From an uncultured Bacilli bacterium (GTDB taxonomy: Bacteria > Bacillota_I > Bacilli_A > RF39 > UBA660): a stretch of 56,904 bases of DNA. The translations under genes were made by a program, and so were the position numbers. Below the pieces are notes generated by a model. It searched no databases. It was not told the DNA's origin and saw nothing but the letters and a program-made list of their open reading frames with translations. Positions 49,626 to 56,904 of this stretch are shown here, piece by piece (the first letter of the stretch is position 1; each line of letters begins with the position of its first letter). The stretch spans positions 78,013-134,916 of the forward strand of contig CANQZW010000001.1 of NCBI GenBank assembly GCA_947628435.1, read 5' to 3'.

Positions 49626-50120
49626 TTAGTTACCTTTTTCTTGATATCTTTTTTTACAAGTTTCAATTAATTTTAATGCTTCTTGTTTATTATGATATCC
49701 ACCTACTTTAACCTCTATTTTTTGAAGTGTTTTATAATTTTCAAAAAAGTTCTTTATCTCATCTAATATAAATGGTGATAAATCTTCTAATTGATTTATT
49801 TCGTTATATCTTGGATCAACATCTACTACTGATATTAATTTATAATCTTCAAATCCATTATCTATTGCCTCTAAATATCCAATTACTCTAGCAGGAACAA
49901 CACAACCTGGATATGTTGGTTCTGTTCCTATTACCAATATATCAAGAGGATCACCATCTAAAGCTAGAGTGTTTTCTAAAAAGCCATACTCTGCTGGATA
50001 ACCCATTGCAGAATATAAAACCCTATCTAACTTTATCTTTCCAGTGTCATGATCTACCTCGTATTTATTTCTAGATCTAAAAGGTATTTCTACTATTGCG
50101 TTTACAACATCATCTTTCAT
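49626..50120 (-). CDS. ppa: inorganic pyrophosphatase, family I
   Basis: RNKYE, LDRVLY, YPAEYGF, DGDPLD, FFENYK. Confidence 0.93.
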   Translation of the reverse strand: MKDDVVNAIVEIPFRSRNKYEVDHDTGKIKLDRVLYSAMGYPAEYGFLENTLALDGDPLDILVIGTEPTYPGCVVPARVIGYLEAIDNGFEDYKLISVVDVDPRYNEINQLEDLSPFILDEIKNFFENYKTLQKIEVKVGGYHNKQEALKLIETCKKRYQEKGN

Positions 50121-50177
50121 AATATTATCTCCTTTACCATAATAATTATAGCACAAAAAAGATTAGAAGAAAATCTT

Positions 50178-51578
50178 CTAATCAATATATACCTCATCAC
50201 CATCTTTAAATTCTACGTTTTTGTTATATGCGTTTTCTTCATCATCATCATAGTTATATTCTTTATCTTGGCTTTCTTTTATTTTTTGCATTGACTCGCT
50301 ACTTAACTTTATCGTTAAATTAATATCATTTAATTTACCATAATCATGAAACTTTCTTTTTCTTAAATCACTTATTATAAGATTATAACCATCTTTAAAT
50401 GAATATTTACTGTTTTCTTTTTTCTTATATTCTAAATCATCATTAAATTCATAATCTTTATTAAAATCATAATACGTGACGGTTGCAAGAATATTATCTT
50501 GCATACTATCATCTATTTTATAATAACAAGATGTATGATAAATACTATTACAAGTAAGTTTGGTATCTTCCGTGTATTTTTCTTCCTTTTTCTTAACTAT
50601 TTTCTTATACTCATTTGGTGCTCCATCAACATACGTTGTATTAATTATTTCATAAAATGACAAACCAATTCCAATAACAAATAATATTACCGTTGTAATT
50701 ATGCTTCCTAATAATAATTTCGAGTTTAACTTTATATTAAATATAAATCTAAACAATATATCTAAAAAAATATAATTTAAACTTACGTAAGTTAACCCAC
50801 ACATAAATATCCCAACGTAAGGAACACCTTGTAAAAGCAAAATAAAACCAATTATTAGAAATGAAAATGATAATAATAAACTAAATACGGCTGGTATTAT
50901 TATAAATATTAAGCTAACCTTTATTATGGTTATTACTATTTTTCCAAAAGATCCTTGTTTTTCACTTTCGTTTTTACCATTTTTTTCTTTTACGATTATT
51001 TTTTTATTTTCTTTAACAGAAGTAGAACTTACTAAATCCTCGTTAAAATATCTTTTTTTAACGAAATTTACTATTCCAACGATTGATAAAATTAAATAAA
51101 TTATTTCTATCATGTATTTCCATATAATAGCAAGTAAAGAGCCAAATGGAGATATTAGTTTTTCTAAAAATAAGCAACCGATTTTTTGAATTATTGTAAC
51201 TGGTAATTTTAAAATAGCAATAAAGAAAATTAATAAAATAAATTCGACAATAAATCTAATAACATCTTTTTTTGATTTTTTTGAAATTTGTTTAACGAAG
51301 TCTTTAACAAAGCATACCATACCTTCTATAAAATCTTCAAATGCATTTTTTTCTTTTATTTCTTTTTCATAATCTTTATTTATCTTATAAGCAGATAAAA
51401 TTTCCTTTACCAATTCATCGAAATCTCCAAAATCTTTTATTGCTTCTTCTTCGGTTTTACCAGATGAAATTTTTTCATTAATATGTCCTTCATATTCTTC
51501 AATTATATCCTCGATTTCATCTTCATTTAGTATTTTAAGTTTTTTTCTTAACTTGTCTAAAAAAGTTTTTTTATTCAT
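50178..51578 (-). CDS. DUF1700 (HAAS)-type membrane protein
   Basis: MNKKTFLDKL...EIEDIIEEYEGHI...GKTEEEAIKDFG; several TMs; coupled to padR. Confidence 0.8.
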   Translation of the reverse strand: MNKKTFLDKLRKKLKILNEDEIEDIIEEYEGHINEKISSGKTEEEAIKDFGDFDELVKEILSAYKINKDYEKEIKEKNAFEDFIEGMVCFVKDFVKQISKKSKKDVIRFIVEFILLIFFIAILKLPVTIIQKIGCLFLEKLISPFGSLLAIIWKYMIEIIYLILSIVGIVNFVKKRYFNEDLVSSTSVKENKKIIVKEKNGKNESEKQGSFGKIVITIIKVSLIFIIIPAVFSLLLSFSFLIIGFILLLQGVPYVGIFMCGLTYVSLNYIFLDILFRFIFNIKLNSKLLLGSIITTVILFVIGIGLSFYEIINTTYVDGAPNEYKKIVKKKEEKYTEDTKLTCNSIYHTSCYYKIDDSMQDNILATVTYYDFNKDYEFNDDLEYKKKENSKYSFKDGYNLIISDLRKRKFHDYGKLNDINLTIKLSSESMQKIKESQDKEYNYDDDEENAYNKNVEFKDGDEVYID

Positions 51579-51894
51579 TATGCTCACACTCCTTTATAAA
51601 TTTACTAACGTTTTCATTAAATTTAATCCACTCACCTAATAATTTATCTTTTCTTTCTTTTCCTAATACCGTTAAATGATAATACTTTCTAGGAGGTCCT
51701 TCGGTTGATTCTTTTAAATAAGTTTCAAAATAATTTTCGTTGGTAAGTCTTTTTAAAATAGGATATATAGTTCCCTCATTAACATCAACTATTTTAGATA
51801 CTTCTTCAACTAATTCATACCCATACTTATCTTCATTTTCAACCATAAGCATTACCAGTAATTCTAAAACCCCTTTTTTAAATTGAGTATTAAT
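51571..51894 (-). CDS. PadR family transcriptional regulator
   Basis: NTQFKKGVLEL, YGYEL, EGTIYPILKRL, GPPRKYYHLT; start probably ATT at 51894. Confidence 0.9.
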   Translation of the reverse strand: MNTQFKKGVLELLVMLMVENEDKYGYELVEEVSKIVDVNEGTIYPILKRLTNENYFETYLKESTEGPPRKYYHLTVLGKERKDKLLGEWIKFNENVSKFIKECEHNE

Positions 51895-51925
51895 AATAAT
51901 CACCTCTTGCTCTAATAATAACACC

Positions 51926-51950
51926 TAGTACTATGCATTGTCAAGTACTA
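51926..51950. promoter_or_regulatory. probable PadR operator overlapping its promoter
   Basis: TAGTACT-N11-AGTACTA inverted repeat straddling TTGACA, with TGtTATTAT -10 downstream. Confidence 0.7.
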
Positions 51951-51985
51951 AATTATGCAAAATAAAAACAGTAAATATTAATTTA

Positions 51986-53017
51986 CTATTTTTTTATTTT
52001 TTTTAAAGTAATAATATCAAGTATTTGCTTTTTTAATTCATCAGCATCTTTATAAATAGCAGGACAAGATGCACTAACGGTATTACCTCCACCGTTATTT
52101 AAAATATACATAATATTATTTATTCCAATTTTATCTACTACCTTACCTCTTGCACTAACATCATAACTTCCATCTTTTGTTTTTGCTGCAACTATTGCGG
52201 CATCACACCTATAATTTAATGCGTAATCAGCCGCTTTAGCTATTTCTTCCTTAGTAAAAACTCCATCATCACAAACTGATATAAACACCGTTATATTAAC
52301 AGGAAAAGCTTTATCAACTAATAAATGAACTTTTCTATCACTTTCAAAGTCAAGAGCAAAATAATCATCTACCCTTAACTGATCCGCACCCTTATTGATA
52401 AGACCTGCTACTGCTTCTAAAGTACTAACAAATTTATTTTTATTAAGTTTATTAGTATCAAGATATATGCCTGCTAACAAAAACGTATAATAAAAAGTAT
52501 CACTTGAAGTAATGTTATACTGCTTAAGTAAATAATACATTATTTCACTACAACTTGAAACATTTGTCAAAATTAGTTTATTTTTTGTTTTTATCGTATT
52601 ATCATCCTCAGTATGATGGTCAACTACTATGATATCTTTAAATTGCTTATACTTACCATCTAATGCAGTTTTAAATGTTTTATTAACATCAACAGTTATT
52701 AAAAGATCATTTTGTGTTTTACTATTTTCGTAATCATCAACTGATATAATAATAAATTTTTCTTTAATCTTATCTATCATTTCTTTTACTTCATCTGATA
52801 AATCATCTTCAGAATCATTTATTATTATGTATGGAGCTTTTTTATGTCTTTTGCATATTAAAGCCATTGCTCCTAAAGATGCTATTGCATCAAAATCTAA
52901 TTTTTCATGCGCAATTAAAAACACTTGATTAGATTTTTTAATATTTTCAGTTAAATTAGTTTTAAACTCATTTATTGTTTGTTTTAATACATCTTCTTGT
53001 TTTTCATTTGATTTCAT
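51986..53017 (-). CDS. stand-alone DHH/DHHA1 phosphoesterase (GdpP/NrnA-like)
   Basis: AHEKLDFDA, TVDVN, VDHH, SSCSE, LAGIYLDT, SARG, GGGN. Confidence 0.85.
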   Translation of the reverse strand: MKSNEKQEDVLKQTINEFKTNLTENIKKSNQVFLIAHEKLDFDAIASLGAMALICKRHKKAPYIIINDSEDDLSDEVKEMIDKIKEKFIIISVDDYENSKTQNDLLITVDVNKTFKTALDGKYKQFKDIIVVDHHTEDDNTIKTKNKLILTNVSSCSEIMYYLLKQYNITSSDTFYYTFLLAGIYLDTNKLNKNKFVSTLEAVAGLINKGADQLRVDDYFALDFESDRKVHLLVDKAFPVNITVFISVCDDGVFTKEEIAKAADYALNYRCDAAIVAAKTKDGSYDVSARGKVVDKIGINNIMYILNNGGGNTVSASCPAIYKDADELKKQILDIITLKKIKK

Positions 53018-53082
53018 AATATTCCTCGTAGCAATTATAATACTACATTTCTAAAAAAAGTCAAACAATCAAACTAATTTTA

Positions 53083-55242
53083 TTAAACATTTTTAATCAA
53101 ACTTAAAGCAACTTTTTCTTTATCTTCAAATATTTGTTCAACATAACAATCAACTATATCACCTACGCTTAATACATCAGACGGATGTTTTATGTAATCT
53201 TTTGATATTTTAGATATATGTACTAATCCATCATTATGAAGACCAACATCAATAAAAGCTCCAAAGTCTACTACGTTTCTAACGGTACCTTGTAATTTCA
53301 TACCAACTTTTAAATCTTTAATATTTAAAACATCACTTTTTAATATTGGCTGTGGATATTCATCTCTTGGATCTCGATTTGGTTTTTTTAAACAATTTAT
53401 TACATCTTCTAACGTATAAATATCAGTATCCAATTTAGTTAAATAATCTTTCGCAGATATTTTATTTAAACATTTAATTAAACCATCAGTTCCAACATCA
53501 CTTAAATCAAAATTAAGCTCCTTAAGTAATTTTAAGGCAATTTGATAACTTTCTGGGTGAATACTTGTTTGATCAAGTACATTATTACCTTCTGTTATTC
53601 TTAAAAAACCAATTGATTGTTCATATACTTTATCACTTAAAATTTTATTTTTCTTTATTTCTTCTCTAGAATTTATCCTACCATGTTTTTGTCTATAATC
53701 TATTATTTTTTCTATGTTATTTTTCTTTATTCCAGATACATACTTTAGTAGTGATGCAGATGCCGTATTTACGTTAACTCCAACACTATTAACTGCTTTT
53801 GATACGATAAAATCTAAACTTTCGGATAATTTTTTTTGAGAAACATCATGTTGGTATAAACCAACGCCAATTCCTTCTGGTGGAACCTTAACAAGTTCAG
53901 AAAGAGGATCTTGTAATCTTCTTCCTATTGATACCGCACTTCTTTTTTCAACTGCTAAATCTGGAAATTCTTCAATTGCTACCTTACTTGCACTATAAAT
54001 TGATGCACCAGCCTCAGATACTATAACATATTTACAATCTAAATTGTTTTCCTTAATTAGATCAGCACAAAAACGTTCTGACTGTCTTGATGCAGTACCA
54101 TTACCTATTGCAATTACATCAACGTTATATTTTTTTATTAAAGAGATAACCTCTAATTTATACTTATTAATAACTTGCTCTGATATATCTTTTAAAAATG
54201 GTTTTATAACGGTAGAATCTAAGTATTTACCAGTTTTATCAATAACCGCTAATTTACATCCATTAACATATCCAGGATCAAATGCTAAAACAGTTTTTTC
54301 TTTCATTGGAGGAGTAAGTAGTAAACTTTCTAAGTTTTTACTAAAATTTTCGATTGCAACATCTTGAGCCTTATCAGTTAAATCACTTCTTATTTCTCTT
54401 TGAATAGATGGAAAAATAAGCCTTTTATAACTATCTTCTATTGCATCCTTTATTAATTGTGCACAAAAACTTTTATCATTTTTAATGTTTTTACTTTCTA
54501 AATATTCTTTTATTTTGGAATCATCAGCATCTATTTTAACAGATATTACTCCTTGATTTTCTGCTCTGTTTATAGCAAGTATTCGATGTGGCTTAATTTT
54601 AACTAATGGTTCACTGTAATCATAATACATCTCATATGTTTTTTTATCATCTAAGCCGTCTTTTTTTATATTAGTTTTTAAAATACCATACTTATATATG
54701 TTACTTCTAATATACTTTCTAAAAAACGCATTATCACTAATCCACTCTGCAATAATGTATTTAGCACCTTGTATTGCGGTATCAGCATCTTTAACAAAAT
54801 CATTTAAAAACCCATTTGAAATAGTTTTAAAATTTCCATTTAAAGGACACGACATAATTATTTTAGCAAGTGGTTCAAGACCATTTTTAATAGCTTCTGT
54901 TGCCTTGGTTTTTTTCTTTTCCTTATATGGCCTATATAAATCTTCTACTTCTACTAATTTATTAGCAGACATTATTTGATTTTTTAAATCATCAGTTAAA
55001 AGTCCTTTTTCATCAATTAATCTTATGACATCTTCTTTTCTTTTAAGTAAGTTTACTTGATAATCATATGCATCTTTTATTACTTTTATTTGTTCTTCAT
55101 TTAAGTTATTTGTTTTTTCTTTTCTATACCTTGCAATAAAAGGTATAGTATTACCCTCATTTAACATTTCAAGAGTTACTTCAACTTGTTTTTTTGTTAT
55201 TTTTAACTCATTACTTATATCATTAATAATTTGTTCATTCAT
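53083..55242 (-). CDS. tex: Tex family transcription accessory protein
   Basis: TIPFIARYRKEKT, EDLYRPYK, IGNGTAS, EAGASIYSAS, C-terminal S1. Confidence 0.96.
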   Translation of the reverse strand: MNEQIINDISNELKITKKQVEVTLEMLNEGNTIPFIARYRKEKTNNLNEEQIKVIKDAYDYQVNLLKRKEDVIRLIDEKGLLTDDLKNQIMSANKLVEVEDLYRPYKEKKKTKATEAIKNGLEPLAKIIMSCPLNGNFKTISNGFLNDFVKDADTAIQGAKYIIAEWISDNAFFRKYIRSNIYKYGILKTNIKKDGLDDKKTYEMYYDYSEPLVKIKPHRILAINRAENQGVISVKIDADDSKIKEYLESKNIKNDKSFCAQLIKDAIEDSYKRLIFPSIQREIRSDLTDKAQDVAIENFSKNLESLLLTPPMKEKTVLAFDPGYVNGCKLAVIDKTGKYLDSTVIKPFLKDISEQVINKYKLEVISLIKKYNVDVIAIGNGTASRQSERFCADLIKENNLDCKYVIVSEAGASIYSASKVAIEEFPDLAVEKRSAVSIGRRLQDPLSELVKVPPEGIGVGLYQHDVSQKKLSESLDFIVSKAVNSVGVNVNTASASLLKYVSGIKKNNIEKIIDYRQKHGRINSREEIKKNKILSDKVYEQSIGFLRITEGNNVLDQTSIHPESYQIALKLLKELNFDLSDVGTDGLIKCLNKISAKDYLTKLDTDIYTLEDVINCLKKPNRDPRDEYPQPILKSDVLNIKDLKVGMKLQGTVRNVVDFGAFIDVGLHNDGLVHISKISKDYIKHPSDVLSVGDIVDCYVEQIFEDKEKVALSLIKNV

Positions 55243-55320
55243 CTTTCTAACCTCCCAATGATGTACCTTATAATTATACCAAAATAATAAAAAAAGAGGT
55301 AATTAAAACCTCTTTTAGTA

Positions 55321-55635
55321 CTAAAATTTCTTTCTTTTGATAAATATTCTAATAACGTAGTATAAAAATATTGCCATTATTACAACATATGCAAATATTA
55401 AAACGGTTTGGAATATTCCGCTAGTATAATTTCTAATAACTCCTGGTACTGAAGATGGTATATAAGAATTAATAAGTGAAACTATATTCTTACTTGGTAT
55501 ATAACCTTTTATTATGTTAAGGATTCTAAATATAATATCTATCATACCAAAACCAAATATATATGTTTGAAACCTTTTTGAATAAATTAAAACAAATACA
55601 ATAAATGCTATTAAAACGATTAAATCTATGTACAT
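55321..55635 (-). CDS. hypothetical membrane protein
   Basis: Three hydrophobic segments; GGAGGT RBS; terminator at about 55290-55316. Confidence 0.7.
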   Translation of the reverse strand: MYIDLIVLIAFIVFVLIYSKRFQTYIFGFGMIDIIFRILNIIKGYIPSKNIVSLINSYIPSSVPGVIRNYTSGIFQTVLIFAYVVIMAIFLYYVIRIFIKRKKF

Positions 55636-55788
55636 TATAAATACCTCCATATACTATAAAAATAATAACACAATATTTAAAATGTTACAAATACATAAAC
55701 TTACTTTGTGTAAACATAAAATAATATTATTTTTTATAATAATATTTATTTAAAAAAAACTGAATAACTCAGTTTTAAAAAATATATA

Positions 55789-56676
55789 TTATATTTCAAT
55801 TAATTCATAGTCAGTAGAACCTAAACCTAATTTTTCGGCATAAGGTAAAATCTCTCTTCCAAGCTGCCTATCAATTCTTTCTTGTAATTTTTTAGCACCT
55901 TTTTCCTTACTATTCCATACAAGATCTATAAAAGCTTGATCAACTGCAACAGGATCTAAGGAAGCAACTATTCCTAAATCATTCATAACTGGTTCAGACT
56001 GATTTGCATCACAATCACAATCAACTGATAAGTAATTCATAACAGCTATATAAACAATTTGTTTATTATTTTCTTGTAGATAATCTGCAACTGCTTTTGA
56101 AGCTTCTGCCATAGACTCAATAAAGTCAATTTGCTTATACGGTCTTGTCCATGCTGTTGTTGGATTTTCATCTTGTCCGCAGCTATGAATATAAGCTTTG
56201 CCATTACGAGATGCAATTCCAATTGACTGGTTTTTTAAGCAAGCTCCAAATCCTCCCATCATATGACCTTTAGCATGTGCTAAATTAATAATAGAATCAT
56301 ACTTTTCAAAGTTTTTACCAACTATATCATACTTCAAATGTTTACCATTTTTAACAGGAATTTTAAATTCACCATCAGCATCCATAATATCTACATCTGC
56401 AAATGATGTAAACCCATGCTTTTTTGCGACCTTCATATGATCTTCTTTAGTATTTCTAGCACCATCGTAGGCTGTATTACATTCTATAATTGTTCCGTTT
56501 AATTTTTTTACTAAAGGTCCAATCAAATCAGCCTTTAAATATCCTTTTGAGCCATCTTCACCAGTTGATACTTTTACTCCAACTTTCCCTTTTAATTCAA
56601 CACCTAACATCTCATATATTCTTATTAAATTTTCTGGTGTTATATTCTTTGTAAAATAAACCTTTGATTTTCTCAT
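55789..56676 (-). CDS. DUF362 family protein
   Basis: KVSTGE, ECNTAY, HAKGHMMGGFGACLKN, DCDC, SLDPVAVDQA. Confidence 0.85.
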   Translation of the reverse strand: MRKSKVYFTKNITPENLIRIYEMLGVELKGKVGVKVSTGEDGSKGYLKADLIGPLVKKLNGTIIECNTAYDGARNTKEDHMKVAKKHGFTSFADVDIMDADGEFKIPVKNGKHLKYDIVGKNFEKYDSIINLAHAKGHMMGGFGACLKNQSIGIASRNGKAYIHSCGQDENPTTAWTRPYKQIDFIESMAEASKAVADYLQENNKQIVYIAVMNYLSVDCDCDANQSEPVMNDLGIVASLDPVAVDQAFIDLVWNSKEKGAKKLQERIDRQLGREILPYAEKLGLGSTDYELIEI

Positions 56677-56844
56677 TTAAACATTCACCTCTATTATATT
56701 ATAACATAAATAACAAAGCCTAATGCATTTAAAAATATAAACAAAATAAAATTTTTTAAGTATTTTAAAACCTGAACTTTATTGTTCAGGTTTATTATCA
56801 ATATGGTGCTCTAAAGGAAGAAGTACGACAACTTTTTAAAGCAC

Positions 56845-56904
56845 TTATTCTTTAATTTGTTCCTCATAAATAATATCATCTGCTGAATCAAAAGCAGGAC
56901 AATC
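56845..56904 (-). CDS. 3' end of an unidentified CDS entering from the window end
   Basis: DCPAFDSADDIIYEEQIKE* followed by a terminator at about 56768-56793. Confidence 0.5.
   Translation of the reverse strand, partial: DCPAFDSADDIIYEEQIKE

Overview
Very AT-rich chromosomal window from a low-GC Bacilli-type bacterium using genetic code 11. Gene content and style suggest an uncultured, genome-reduced RF39-like lineage, which is an inference. Core genes include sufCDSU-B, prsA, recX, rpoZ, ftsY-ylxM-ffh, rnj, rimP-nusA-ylxR-infB-rbfA-truB, rpsO-pnp, an ftsW/rodA-family gene, exoA, mscL, mnmA, ppa, tex and seven tRNAs. A scattered endospore toolkit is present: two unannotated YjcZ/SscA-type micro-ORFs, CotD-, CotY/Z- and Coat-F-like proteins, an orphan Kin-like histidine kinase with a perfect Spo0A box, and SigK/SigG-like promoters. 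Accessory oddities include a GNAT + Ser/Thr-kinase + tail-anchor fusion and a large helical protein inserted between rbfA and truB. There is also a tandem array of WG-repeat genes with position-specific variability and a third decayed copy, a three-gene PlsA/PlsR-like (2-hydroxyacyl-CoA dehydratase/activase) operon, a half-length RimP, a Cys-less stand-alone PTS EIIB, a duplicated tRNA-Arg/tRNA-Pro pair and a TGA-interrupted ORF. No CRISPR array, rRNA, integrase, transposase or reverse transcriptase was seen. All calls come from motif recognition by eye; no searches were run.
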